This document shows positions 24,356-37,903 of a stretch of 64,000 bases of DNA, piece after piece. The position numbers and the translations under genes are program-made. The stretch is from Rhodosorus marinus CCMP1338 (Eukaryota > Plantae > Rhodophyta). Where the stretch lies: contig JAMWBK010000006.1 in NCBI GenBank assembly GCA_029953675.1, forward strand, positions 930,001 through 994,000, given 5' to 3'. The notes under the pieces are model-generated. The model saw only the letters and a program-made list of their open reading frames with translations, searched no databases and was not told the origin of the DNA. Numbering within the stretch: position 1 is the first letter of the stretch; every line of letters begins with the position of its first letter.

Positions 24356-25930
24356 GCGGACAGTTCTCGACATGCTTTCCAAATTTTGCTGTCGAACGTA
24401 GTAAAAGGGGGTACAACAAACCTCACAAAAATATTCTCTTCCTCTTTCTTGCCGGTTGAGAGGTGCAGTCGCCGTGGCGGTGTCGGTATCGGTGTCGGTG
24501 TCTTTCAGTTTCATCGAGAAGAGTAGGATTATGGGAAAGTCAACATCTACGATGCTGGGCAACACTGTATTGCCTTAGTGAGGCCGAGGCCACATCAAGA
24601 AAATTTGTAAATCGGTGCCCCGAGGAAGCAGCTTGCTTGCTTGAGAAATTTTTATTGAACAGACGAACGGGTGACAAATCATGCAACCCCACCTCCCCCC
24701 CCCCCTTCCTCCACACAGAAAAAACAAGGAAACCGCGTCCTCACGAAAATACTCCCATCGATCCGCATAATCGCATTGCTCTGCGGCAAATCTCAAATCT
24801 TCTTCGTGTTGGCTCCAGTTTCGGCGGTCCGGGTCCCTGCTCCGCTGCCTGAATTCTGATTTGTCGACTTGCTACCATCGTCCTTCCCTTCGACGTAAGC
24901 AGGACTGGACCTCAAGTTCCCTGACTTCGACTCGCCACCACCCATCTTTCTGCGTCTTCGTTTCAAAAGCCTTCCTCCAGTCCTCGGAAATTACAAACGG
25001 TCCCTCTCTCCGCCGCAAACCCTTCTAAGCATTCCAGCCGCCCTCCCAAACTTCCCCTCAAGGTCAGCTCTCGGCAGAATTCCAGAAACAGAGAAGATGA
25101 CAGGAGTAATTGCAGTCTTGAATATCGAGCTGCTTTGCAAGAATTCCTTTCCAAAGCCCCTTTCCTTTGCTTCAGGGCGGAGAGAAGGCTGTGCCTCAGT
25201 GGCCTAAGCTGTTGCGTCCAACGAACGTTCGTTGAATAATTCGAGGAAGACGCGAGCGGCTTCACAGCCAAGCAGGTGTCCTTCGTTTGATGCGTGTCCT
25301 TAGCGGTGCGGTTTCAAGATTAGCTCCGTCTTCACAAAGATGTGATGTTCCTATTGCCTTTATTCGCAGAGCATACGTCGAGAACAATGGATCCAAGAAA
25401 TGGTGTGCGAAGATTACCCGCCAGTCGTCTTCCTCAACGCGGGGGCTCCAACACTTGGGTGGCCATGTTCGGGCAGACTTTTGTGCTCTGTAATACTCAT
25501 ATTCGCAATGGAATCGTTAGAGTGGGGAGCCCCCAAGGATGCGGATGAGCGTATTTCATTGCAAGGGAATCAGAGGGAAGGAATCGTCTTCTTTGCTAGC
25601 CAATACGCATGCGGTCCACCAGCTGCAAACAAACGCTTTCCACAGATGTAGAGCATCTCGTGAGTCGGGTGAGGACGCAAGTGGCTACGTGTTAGAGACC
25701 TCGTGCTTGGCCACCATGATCTATCGAAGGTGTTGAAAGCTGAGCCAGGAAACAGATAGTTGCTTGTGTGGTTGTAGACGGGGCAGCTAGGACGAGCCAT
25801 AACCAGTCGTGGATCAATGAGCTGATCTGCGTTTGAGAACTTCGAGATTTTTCCAATGATATGTGCAAGGGAGGGTGGGGGTTCGGAAAGGGGCTTCCCG
25901 TCTTGAATCCCGCTGATCATCCATTGGGCT

Positions 25931-27760
25931 TCAGAGCGGTATGCTTCCGTGCTTTTTCGTCGGCGCTGGGAGCACCATCCTGGTGGCGTCTTTGTTCGCC
26001 AACGATTCCAGGTCTCCTGCAATCAGCGCCCTGGTTTTGCTGGGCGTGATGATCCCATCAATGAAACCCCTCCTCGCGGCTTCAAAAGGATTGCTGTGCT
26101 GCTCTTCATATTCTCTCAGCTTTTTGTCGAGATCCCTGCCTTTCCTTCCGTGCAGGATTTTTACAGCACCCTTGGCACCCATCACAGCAATCTCCGCCGA
26201 TGGCCACGCATAGTTGTAGTCTCCGTTCAGGTGCTTCGATGACATAACGCAGTACGCTCCTCCATATGCCTGCAAAGGGGATCAGTCGTGCTACGTTAGT
26301 GTTTCGTGTTCACCCAAATCCTTGTCACAGCGTCCCCTTTGGTTACCTTTCTTGTGATCACTGTGATCTTGGGTGTCGTCGCTTCAGCGTAAGCATAGAG
26401 AAGCTTCGCGCCGTGGTGGATGATCCCATTCCACTCCTGGCCGCAGCCGGGGAGGAATCCCGGCACGTCAACGAAGGTCAACAACGGGATGTTGAAAGCG
26501 TCACAGAACCTAACAAACCTGGCTGCTTTTCTCGAAGCATCAATATCAAGTACACCAGCCATGTGATGTGGTTGGTTGGCAACGACACCAACGCTGTGAC
26601 CTCCCACCCGCGCGAAGCCAGTGATGATGTTCTTTGCCCAATCTTCGTGAACCTGGTTTCTCCCCAGAAGCGGTGGATATATTTTCATGAGTGCTTAGCT
26701 CCTCGTTGTGCTTCTGAATCCAGAGATTGTTCCTACCTGGACTAGAACCCCTCGGTCAACAATCCTCTCAACAAGCTCTACCATGTCATACGGTTGATCT
26801 GGGTCCGCTGGCACGATTCGATCAAGGAAAGGATCTTCCTGGTCTGTTGGGTGGATCGCAGAAGTCTCGTCAACTGGAGTCGGAGCTTGCCAGTTCGAAG
26901 GCAAGAAGTACAGAAGCTCCCTGGTGCTGTTGATGGCCTCAATGTCATTGTTCGCGGTAAAATGTGCGACGCCAGTCCTCGATGAATGGGTTTTCGCGCC
27001 ACCTAATTTTTCCATACTCACATCTTCCATAAGCACCTCCTTGATCACGTCGGGGCCAGTTACGAACATATGGCTGGTGCCCTTGACCATTAAGGTGAAG
27101 TCAGTCAGGGCGGGCGAATAGACTTCCAGCCAGGAACAAAGAGTTTAGGATTCCTAAGCGAGGCAGATACAATCGAGTCCTCAAAATGGTACTTGTGCTC
27201 TTACCAGCTCCACCAGCACACGGACCCATGATAAGGGAGATCTGTGGAACTACGCCGGACATTTGAACGTTTCGACGAAAAACTTCTGCGAACCCAGCCA
27301 GCGAACCGACTCCCTCCTGAATCCGTGCGCCGCCAGAATCGTTCATTCCAACGATGGGGCACCCGACCTCCCTAGCCCGGTCCATGATTTTGCCTATTTT
27401 CTGAGCATTTGACGCGGACAATGTTCCTCCATGCACCGTGAAGTCATTCGCAAACGCCATCACGTCCCTTCCATGCACCTTGCCGCGCCCAGCGACGACA
27501 CCATCGCCGGGAATTCCCTCTGACGCGTTTGGTGTTACGAGTTGGTCAACTTCCTGAAACCTTCCACCATCCATCAGCAAACTGATGCGTTCCCTTGCCG
27601 AGAGTTTTCCTTTCGCATGCTGCTTCTCAAGCTTGTTCTCTCCACCACCCGCCAGCGCCTGCGCGCGAAGACTCGCTAGTCGATCGCCCACAGATAGACG
27701 ACCACGCGGCTCAGAAACAAGCTCAGCAGCAACCGCTCGAACGAGTCCACGATGCCTCAT
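25931..27760 (-). CDS. PCCB: Propionyl-CoA carboxylase beta chain, mitochondrial-type, multi-exon
   Basis: [45 protein letters not shown]|[61 protein letters not shown] and KKHGSIPL. Arg-rich presequence-like start [10 protein letters not shown]. Confidence 0.95.
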
Positions 27761-28625
27761 CCTTTCCACAGCACCTGTGCCTTCGCTCCACAAGAAAAGC
27801 ACCAAACCCAGACCAGACCAAACCGCACACCAAGCAGAACAACTACTAAAAATCAAATCCTAGAAAGGGAGTCTTCGTACACAGACTTTCCACACGTCGC
27901 CAAGGCTCCATGGTCGGCCCTGATCCCCATATCTGTCGTATAGCTAAAAGGCCCTCCATCCCGTTCCGAACATAAATAGATTCATATCCAATCTAGATTC
28001 CACCGCATCCGGCGATCTCTTCTCCAACTTGACGTTAAATATACGATTACATGATTGGATACAATGCGGATATAGAGTCTATTAATTCGTTATTTTCAGA
28101 TATATCTTCTCAAACCATGATTTCATTGGATAAAACGTTGGATAATTAGTGAAGCGTCGGTGGGAAGCGTCGCTCGTTTTAGCTTAAGAGTGTCATGGAT
28201 CTAGTTGGAGGGTAGAGACCTCGACTTTGGGTTGGCGTTGTAAGGTGTGCGAATTTCGTCTGTTTTTCTTTCTTTGCTGAGGAAGAGTATACACAAGAGG
28301 AGCCAAGGTTTTCTGCTGCCCCTGGCTTGAGCTTCTCTGTTTCCGCTCCTTTCTTTTTTGTTCGGGTGATTTGTCGGCTTGTGGGACACCTCCCAGGGAG
28401 GAGTCGTGGTGTAAGCTTTCTCAAATTGGCCGTGGCCCGGCCATGTGGTTTAAGCGCGTGGAAGAGTGAGCGCCAACAGTGCTGAAAATTGCAGTTTCTT
28501 TTATGGAAGAAAAGCCCGAATGACCAGTGAATATCAGACTGAACCTGTACAAAATCCAAGGACAACCTGTCCTCGATGGCGACGTTATCGGATGCCGACT
28601 TAGTTTTTCTCTTGATCGTATGATT

Positions 28626-29520
28626 TTACATGAAGTCTTCTTCGTATTGATTGTAGTCCCCTTCGTATTCCTTGTTTGTTGTCATATCTTCTTCCTTGTG
28701 AATGCGATCGTAGCTCCTAGCAGCTTTCTCCGCTTGCTGCTGGTCGCGAAGTTTCTTTTCCTCACGCTCTCTCTGGCGAGCCTGCTCATGGACGCGCCTC
28801 TGAATTTCTTTCAACCTCTTTTCCTTTTCGTCTGCAAGCTTGGGAAACTCTTCCCTTTTTGTTTTGTTCAATCTGCGTAAACCCAAGTTCAAGACAACAC
28901 TGTTCTTAGTACGTCTAAACCAAAATCTGCATGCGACTTGCTGGTGAAAAGGCTTGCGCACTAAACCAGGATCAGGGCTCACCTATTAACAATCTCGTTT
29001 TCGCGCTTAGCGACCGTTATTTTCTTTACTCCTTTCTGGTCGTGAAATCCAACTTGTCCAACATCCATATCCCCGGTTTTCTTCAGGTTCGACCACATTG
29101 TGTACACAATGCCGACATTGTTCTGCTTGTTTCCTTCTATCGAGTTGTACTTTACCAACTGCGCACAGTCGGTTAACACCTAGTTCAATTGTTCAAAGCC
29201 GAAGTCACAGAATAGCGTGAACGAGGGAAACAAAAATAAGGGCACCACTGTCCGGAAGGTTTCAACTCGTCTTGCATAATGCTTGGCCAGCGATCGGCTA
29301 GAGAAGGTGATTCTGAAAAAAAAGGACCTACCTCCTCTGGGATATCCTCAAGCGTCATACCATCTTTCAGTCTCAGGTAGACATGAGCAGACGACAGCTT
29401 ATCTACATGAAACCAAACGTCCTCGTCCCAACCATACTTGATCAGCTCCTCATTCTCGTGCTTGTCTCTTCCACAGTACACGATAAACGACTCATCAACT
29501 GTAGTATAGAAGAAAACCAT
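28626..29520 (-). CDS. CCDC25: CCDC25 / NFACT-R (DUF814) protein, 3 exons
   Basis: MVFFY...[65 protein letters not shown] and the C-terminal EEDFM are characteristic of this family. Confidence 0.95.
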
Positions 29521-29624
29521 TTTCTTGTCTCTTTTAAATATGGACAAAAAGAAAAACAGAATAATCTAAAGAAGGTATCTTGAAAACCTTTGCTCATCAA
29601 GCTCCTTTCCGTCCTCATCCCCAA

Positions 29625-29900
29625 CCAACGATGCTCATCCCTGTTATCGCCATGGTGATAACAGCTAGGTTTGTGATTACTGTTGGTTTGGGTTCGGCAG
29701 ACGACTCCATCAGAAACTCGATTCTTAGAGGAATCTCAGACCTCTTTATAAAGGAAGATAATCGCTCATCGTGGTCTACGTGACGACTGGGTACTGCCTA
29801 CCATCCGCAGAACGGACAGGCAGACCCCCTACGAACTGGCAAGATCTTTGACCCGTCGTGGCAGCCTTGGGAACACATTTTTGGGCAAATGATCTGGTTA
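29625..29900 (+). mobile_element. Decayed Ty3/gypsy-like integrase core fragment
   Basis: One frame reads LIPV...ITA...GISD...SSW.*RLGTAYHPQNGQAD, resembling gypsy rve (fiPv...ta...ivSD...fW...sTAYHPQtdGQ.E). In-frame stop present. Confidence 0.4.
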
Positions 29901-30645
29901 TGACTGAACTGGTCTTCCACAGGTAGATCTTGGAGAGCGGCGGTGTCTCTCCGACAGAAACCGCTCGAGTTGGTCGCTGAAGGAGCTGGATCCATCCCCG
30001 GACCGGGAATGGATACCGAGCGTTTAGAGAGAAGTTTCCTTGTGCCCCACGAGAGGTGAGAACAAGAGCTGCAAGGAGACAACATCAGTTCTTTATTGGG
30101 AGTATCAGGTGTTGACCAACGGGCCTACAGCGATCCGCGCTTCGGGAGCTGCAAGGCATCGTTGACAAGCGTGTTTGTGTCTTTAGAGGCTTTGCGAAAC
30201 GACTAGTCTTCTTGCGATTGCATCTGACGGAAGTTTAGCGCACCGAAGGAAACTGCAAAGAATGTACACCATAGAATTATGCGCGTGGGAACAGAATCGA
30301 GCCGCCACTCGCGGCATGAAGTATCACTAGCACCGTAATTCTGTCTGTTCGGCGGAGTCCTTCAGCCATAGTGTCCCTCTCCCAAAGACGCGTGGGCGCA
30401 TCAGTTCGGTTCCCTGGCCCAGCCAGAGAATGCGCTCCAATGTCAAGTTTGTAGCAGACAAGCTCATCTGTTCGCCATCCATGTTCGTCGAGTTGCTTCT
30501 ATCCACTGCGACCACTCGTCTCGTAGTCGGCAGCTCACAGATGCCTACACTGAATCGGATGCGGGAGTTTCACTGAACAAGAGTCGTGCTCGCGCACAGC
30601 TATGCAGATGTAGCTTGTAGCCGAGGAGCTAGTCAGCAGCGCTCG

Positions 30646-31583
30646 CTACTCTGTGTACCAGTCCGGAAACGGTCGTTTACAGTTGTACCTGAGGAAGATC
30701 TCGCTCCCGTCTTCGATCGTTCGAGATGCAATCAGAGCGACGCCTCGAAGGGGCAAGTCCTCCGGGATCTTAACAGGCTATGGCAGAGGAGTAGCCTCGG
30801 GTCAGAAACTGTTTCGTCTAAGACGTGTATCTAAACATACTAGGGGGTTTTCCTACCCGAAGAGTGGCGGCATCCACAAACCAAGCGCCATCGTGTAGCT
30901 TGTTCGGTGCATTCTTGCGATACTCATCTGGCCACACGAATGTAGCGGGCACTACCCTGGCGACGACTCGGTCTTGTGGATGGTTTATCATGTGACCGAC
31001 TGCGTATGGGTTGTCTGTATGATTTCTCCCAATTCTGTTAGAAGCGTCGTAGGCATTGATACAGCCACCTGAGCAGATGCCATTGAGCATGAGTGGGGAT
31101 GAGATCATCCCAGACCGACATGCGCAGCTCTTAGTCGCTCTGCGAGTTCACTGGTTTTCATGAGAACGTACCTCCTTCGAGGTTGATTGTATACAGCTCT
31201 TCCTCCAGGGGGATTGTCGTTATACTACGGCCTACGGGAGCTGAGTATTGATGGGAGCTCGCAAAGTTTTCTGGCGGGATTGGCGGAAAGTACACGCCAG
31301 CGTACAGAGCTACCAGGTCTCCTGGATCGGCATGTCCGGACAGAAAGACTCCATTACCAGCATTCGGTATTGTTGACGGGCGAACGTGTAGAGCAAACTT
31401 TGAATGACAGCGTCCAGACATCGCTTTCTCAAGCCTGTTCTCTACGGCTTCCTGCACCAGCTGCTGGAGGCCTTGATAACTGTTCCAGATTTTCCCCGTG
31501 CAAACTTGGGAGACGATTTCCGCACTCGGAAGTGGATAAACTCGCCATGACCACGGCATAACTCTCTGTAGCAACTCTAACAT
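30646..31583 (-). CDS. SET-domain protein, SETD9-like, spliced
   Basis: STIPNAGNGVFLSG..DPGDLVALYAGVYFP, NPYAVGHMINHP and a terminal exon GVALIASRTIEDGSEIFLRYN are SET motifs. Stop at 30646-30648. Confidence 0.8.
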
Positions 31584-33073
31584 AGTGAAGCTTTGCAAAC
31601 ACGGGTAATGTTACACTTTCATGACACGAAAGCTTCCCACCTAAAAGACCCAATGGAGTTTTCGTTCTCTACCCAAACTAAACACAAAACAGTCGAACGA
31701 GCTTCACCCTCACCGTTCATCTTCAAACCACATCACTTGTGCAATCAGGGAAGGGCAAATGCGCTTCCACTGCCTTCGGCAGCACAATCTCAGACTCACC
31801 CACAACGCCTACCCTTGAATACGGCAATTGCCGGGTCAGCTACTCCGGGAACATCTCAACTTTCTGCAATGTCTAGCACCATTCTCTCCCGTCAAACCTA
31901 CACCTCGAATGCCACATCCGCTCAGCAGTATATCTCATCAAGATTCAGCTGGCAACGGAGAGTGACTTTGCGGTGCTTCCAGACTACTCAGAGGTTGGAA
32001 GATGCATATATGATTCACTCCTTTGCGAAGGGAAAAACTAGTTCGTTTGGCTTCGTCCTTATTTGTTGGCCTCTGAGCAGGAAAACTAGGGGGACAACGG
32101 TGGAAATCCCTCTCGCTGATGAGCGGAGTTGATATACACAACCCGAGGTCAACTGACGTCGCCTCAGATACTCAGAGGTTATGCGTCAACTAAGAAGAAC
32201 ATTTAAAATGTGGAAACAAAAAAAGAACAGATTCCTTTTTGCTTGGCCCGAGGCCAGCCCATTCTTTTCCACATCGAACCACCAGGCCCAGAAGAAAACC
32301 CGCCAACTCCAATCCCACGGGGACCTGCCAGGAGCCATGGAGCGGCAAATGTAGGCTCGTTTTCGAGCTCTTTCTGTCCATTTTATGCTATCATCCAACT
32401 AGATCATTCCAATACAGTCATATCGATCATCTTTCGTCGGTGTAAGGAACCACACCCTCCCATCAAACTCGCTCAAAAGACCTTTTGGCCAGATGCCAGT
32501 TCTCATCTCATCAATCTCCGCACCATTCTCCATGAATTAAAATTCGATTACAAATAAGCAATACCAATCAATAGAACTAATATTATGATAAAAAAGACAA
32601 TATCAATCATTATTTAAACTGTCAGTAAAAGTGTTTGGAATTTGCTTCGCGCCCGCGCGCTCGTACAAGCAACGGTTTTTATATATCTAATTGTCACCTA
32701 GTATTCTATCCGAATATTTGAATATTGGGTAATTAATCAACTAAAATACGGTGTGAATTGGATGACGGTTAAAGATACCTTTCGTTGGGATGCTTAAGCG
32801 GACGGCTGTGATAGTGTTTTTTGGATGAAAATAGATTGTTTTGGGACGTTTGGTTTGTTGTTTTTTTTGATGTGGGCCGAGGGATGAGTAAATGTCGTGA
32901 AGACGAGTATAGGGTTGGGTCTGTTTGGGGGGTCTGCTTGGGTTCCTGGGGTTTAGAGGTCTAGGAGGGGATTGGATCGGTTTTACAGTGCTAGCACTCG
33001 TTTGGAGTGTTTTGGAACTTTCAGCTGCCTCGTATGGGTTTGGATTTGGAATAGGATCATCGGTAAAGAAGCG

Positions 33074-35464
33074 ATGGAAGCTTGTTTTGGAACATATGTA
33101 AGCGGAGCTGCTTTGAGCGGGCCTTGCTATTGTGCTAATGCCAGTTCGAGGCGATGGAGCTACGTGAGAAAATCGCGCGGCTGGGTTCTGCGCTCCGTAG
33201 ACGGTTCTGCTGAGGAGTTTGCATTGGAGGATGAGGAGACTGGCGTGAAGTACGAGGATGGAGAGAAAGAAATTGTCAGGAAGAGTAGAGGTCCGCGAAA
33301 ATTCGAATCAATAGCAGACTTACCCCGCCTCGCGGCCGAAATGGAGAGCATCGAGGATATGGCGCCTCCTCTTACAGACGCAGAGAGCGCTGCTCGTAGT
33401 GGAAATAGGCCCCCGCCGAAAGTAGAAGGCTATAGACATAGCCGAAGCACTCCAAACATTGATTGGAGGTATTGGCAAAACGCAGGGCCCAGAGTAGACG
33501 GGACGCATTGCCCAGGCTGCGGCCAAAAGTTCCAAACAGAAGACGACACCAAGCTGGGCTTCGTACCAGCTCGAAAACTTGAGGAATACTCCGGCGGCGA
33601 GGAGGAGAATCGCCCTCCTCCGTTGTGTGCAAGGTATGCAGTTCCGCACCGAAAATGGATTACGATGTAGCTTGGGAAGGAGGGGAGCGGACAAACTCAG
33701 TACGAATTCCGTCCGTCGTGTTATAGGTGCCACGGCCTTCGTTACAAGAGCACAGTTGACGACTCCTTGACCGTGCGAGGAGCACTAAGTCAGGAGCTAC
33801 CCCACGAGGAGCTTCTTCCCCAGTCATCTGAGGATATACTGAAGAAGCTGCGAGGTATCAAATGCGTTGTTGTGTACCTCATTGACGTCATAGACTTCAG
33901 TGGTACCTGTCTAGAGCTCACCAGGCTAGTCGGGACAAGAAATCCGGTAATAGTTGGCGCAAATAAATGCGATCTGCTCCCGACCGGGTTCTCGACAACG
34001 AGGCTGAAGAAATGGATGACGGCAGAGAGCAAACGTGCTGGTCTAGATAAGTGTTACGACATCCATATCCTCAATTCCTTAAAAGGTCAGCGCGCCCGTA
34101 TTGGCATTGGTTAGCTCAGATGGTTCTTGGAGGCTCGCCGTGGACGACTGAACGAAGGATCCTGCACCCTTCACAACTGTTGTGCATACAGGTCAAGGAG
34201 TGAAGTCTATGCTTGACCAAGCCTACGTGCTGGCAAAACGTGGGAAATGTGACATCTACGTTGTTGGTGCGGCCAACGTAGGTAAAAGCTCTTTTATTAA
34301 CAGTCTCCTCATCTCTGGCTGGAAGTTTTCGAAGAAGCCTACAGAGCGTAAGTCTAAGATGACGAGACCTAAAATTCGCAAAGCCTTGGCTAGCCAGACC
34401 ATGGGCCTTAGCTTCGGCATCTTCTCTTGATGAATCACAGAGCCAAACCTGCTGGCGACGACAAGTCACGTCCCGGGTACTACTCTCTCGCTTATCCCAG
34501 TTGCCACTGGAGACGGACTCACAATCTATGACACCCCCGGGGTAGTTCTTCCCGGCAACATCACGACATATCTGAAGCCGTCAGAAGTGAGGTAAGGTAT
34601 TGGGTTCGCCCCCCGTCAGGTCGGGGTGCTACACCAAAGAAGTGGCAAGACAGCTCAGACCCTCAAGTTGATACTATGATATGACACCAGGCGGGTACTA
34701 CCGTCCGGCAAGATTGAATCTTTTGGAGCGCGGTTCGAAGCCGGAAAGAGTTTGCTGTTCGGAGGATTAGGACGGGTCGATGCTGTTGCAGGACGCACTT
34801 GCTTAGCGAGCTGGTTCTGTTCGAGCTCGGTGACGGTTAGAGCAGCATCTCTGAACCTCGAGAAATACGCTTTTTCTTATGTGCTCGTGTGGCTGATTTG
34901 CTCCTATGTGCTCTCCAAGGTTCATCTTCGAAAAACAGACGGCGTCTTGGAATACATCGAGAAGAGCGTCGGGGACGCTCTGCAGCCGCCCAATACCGCC
35001 GACGACTATGAGGGCCGATGGGAATGGGATGAGGTCGAGTTGGAGATCGAAGGAGACTCGTGGAAGGAAGCTGCTGAAGACGTTGTTATTGCAGGTTTAG
35101 GATGGGTAAATACCTCCAGATTCTCACAGCAGTCGCATTTTAACGCTTTGGGTGTTATCTAACAGTCCTCCTCCGCGTGCATACCCAGGTGAGCATCACC
35201 GTCAACGGGCGAGTAAAACTTAGAGTGGTTGCACCAAAAGGGGTGGGTGTTTTTACAAGACCACCGCTACTCCCCTACGAAGCTGTTTACGGAACGGCAA
35301 AGTACTATGGCAATAAGTGGACGAACAAGTACAAGGAGGAGTTCTTGAAGAGAGAGAGGAGAATACGGCAAAGCAAGCCAGCCCGGGGCAAAAACAAGGA
35401 CACAGGGCCGTTTCCCGACTATGAGAATGGAAGGATCAAAAACTTCAAAGGCTTCAGTCAGTAA
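33074..35464 (+). CDS. YqeH/NOA1/BPG2-family circularly permuted GTPase, probably plastid-targeted, multi-exon
   Basis: CPGCG...LCARC zinc motif, LIDVIDF, ANKCDLLP (G4), VVGAANVGKSSFIN (G1), TTSHVPGTTL (G2) and YDTPG (G3) in permuted order. Ser/Ala/Arg-rich, acid-poor N-terminus MEACFGTYVSGAALS. Confidence 0.9.
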
Positions 35465-36702
35465 TGCCGCGTGACCGGCATCTCAAGCGGGTTAGATTGC
35501 AGCCTTGCCCAACAAGTAAGTCAGTATAGTACGAACAATTGTAGAAGGAAACATACGCTTTACATGATTGCGTCGTAGGCTTAGCACATAGGGTGTTTTT
35601 AGGCTTTGAAAGTCCTGGATTAGATAACCAAGAGGAGTGAGGGCCTTCCTTAGGTTTAAGACTAGCTAGAACACAGAGGAGGAGAAGCAGCGAGTACTCC
35701 GGAAGATTTTGGAAGTTTACGAGGAGTACAGCGATTTTAAGGCTAGGGTTCCCCTGCTACGCGTATGAGGCTAGGGCGAAACTGGACAAGCCATATATTT
35801 CTTGTTGGTCTTGTTGGGGCACGAATGAGCTGCATCTTGACATCAAGGGTACGACCATTGTGAAGACAAGAGGCGTAGATGAAGATCACCCCGGAGACTC
35901 GCGTCCCTCCGTCTTCTTTGTAACCCCTTGGACCCTGTCCATTTCCGTTGAGTCCAGTTTCCTGTCTGCATGTTGAATGCATTTCACTCCGCTGCTGACT
36001 TGCTCCTACTAGAGGTGACAAAGATCGTAAAAGCGGATGTTTTGTTTGAGTTCTAGCTGGTCTGGCGTAAACACAGGTTTACAAGAAAACTGAACGAACC
36101 CGGGGTGAGAATCCTTGGGAATAGACTCAGTGGCTTTTATCGCTGCGATCTTTGTCGCTGGACACCTTAGTAGAGTAGTTTCACCCGCTCTAGGTCAACT
36201 CCTTGTTCTTGGGCGTTTGAGAAGCGGAATTTACACACTGGCAGTCACCTCGTAACATCGCATGTAGAGAGGACGCGGTGGGGGTTGGATTGCCTTGCTA
36301 TTATTTTGGGACGTTCGATAACATTGGATAGAGAGACTTCTAAGGCTGAGTTGGTACAGAAGATTGAAGCGTTTAGTGTTTCACAAATTTTCCTTCAGAT
36401 TCACACTCAAAGGAAACATCCGTTCTTTTTTTCTTGTCTCCTGGTCTATGACTTTGGTTCACTCATGCCTTCTTTGCGGGGAAGGTTCGCTTCTTTATCA
36501 GTAAAATCCATCCTTAGCCATTGATAAGCAGCGAGTAAAACTCTGATTGCCGATTCGATCATTGAACAGGACCAAGTCAGATGTCCCTTTTTACCATCCC
36601 ACTTGCACGTGGGACTGTCCCACAGTGGTGACGATCACCGCCAGAAATATTGGATTCGATTCTTTCAGTATCGGGAGGGTGGCCCACTGTGGAGGACAGA
36701 GG

Positions 36703-36728
36703 GAGAGAGAGAGAGAGAGAGAGAGAGA
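36703..36728. repeat. (GA)13 microsatellite upstream of ETFB
   Basis: Read directly. Confidence 0.95.
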
Positions 36729-36964
36729 TTCTCTGTAGTATTCGAAGAGGATTTGGTGTTTTGATCATTTGCTGGTCTTTAGTGTTTATGAGGTTCTGGG
36801 TCTTTTGGTTGTATTTGATGTTCTGTAGTGAGTGACAGGATTGTTTTCTTTGCGAGCTGGTAGTTTACTGTTTTTGCTGTCGTCCTGTTTTTTTGGGGGA
36901 GGGGAGGTAGGGGGTATTGGATTTGTGAGTGGGAGTTGGCAGGCTTGGACGAGAGGGGGAAGAA

Positions 36965-37903
36965 ATGTCTCTGAGTCGTGTCTTGGTTGGTGTCAAGCGG
37001 GTGGTAGATTATGCGGTTAAGATCCGAGTGAAACCGGATGGAAGTGGAGTGGATAAGACCAATGTGAAAATGTCGATGAATCCGTTTTGTGAGATCGCCG
37101 TCGAGGAGTCGGTACGCTTGAAGGAGCGCGGGTTGGCGCAGGAGGTGGTGGCCATGACCATTGGTCCCTCGCAGAATATGGATACGATTAGGACGGCGCT
37201 GGCTATGGGCGCCGATCGCGGGATACATGTGGTTTGTGATCAGGATCTTGAGCCCCTAGCAGTCTCCAAGGTCTTCCAAGCTGTTGTGCAGAAGGAGACA
37301 CCGCAAGCTGTTATCTTGGGAAAACAAGCTATCGATGATGATTGCAATCAAACCGGACAAATGCTTGCTGGGCTTCTCGATTGGCCTCAGGTATGAACAC
37401 GAAATCACTCCCTCATTCTAACCAGCGTCCCACTAGGCCAACTTTGTCTCAGCTCTTCGTTCTCGCGATCCATCAGGGAACGTTCCTCTCGAAATTGGAG
37501 GTTGAAAACGACGCACTGAAAGTCACTCGTGAGGTGGATGGAGGCCTTGAAACGCTTGTAAGAAAAAGAGCAATACAGCACTTCTCCTCAATTATCGCTC
37601 ATGCTCAGCTGCCCCTATCCCGTTTCCTTCAAACTTCTTGGTACCGAGTAGAATCTGTCCATTCCTGCCGTGCTTACGTGCGATCTTAGATTGAACGAAC
37701 CTCGATACGCTAGTCTACCGAACATTATGAAGGCCAAGCGCAAACCAGTGGAGTCAATACCTGTAGCTGATCTCGGTGTCGACATCAAGTCCCATCTTGA
37801 CGTGCTCAGGATAGAAGAAACTCCGAAGCGTCAGGGCGGTGGCAAGGTCGAATCCGTCGCTGAACTAGTGGACAAACTCAAGAATGAAGCCGGTGTCATC
37901 TAA
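36965..37903 (+). CDS. ETFB: Electron transfer flavoprotein beta subunit, 3 exons
   Basis: [76 protein letters not shown] and [19 protein letters not shown]. Confidence 0.97.

Noticed and set aside
28290-28460. Several short hairpins between PCCB and CCDC25
   Set aside because: No snoRNA box or other family motif; explained just as well as CCDC25 3'UTR sequence.
35600-36100. Possible retroelement remnant downstream of the YqeH-like gene
   Set aside because: Only vague fragments (KILEVYEEY, IYA, RAPT), not in a consistent order or strand.
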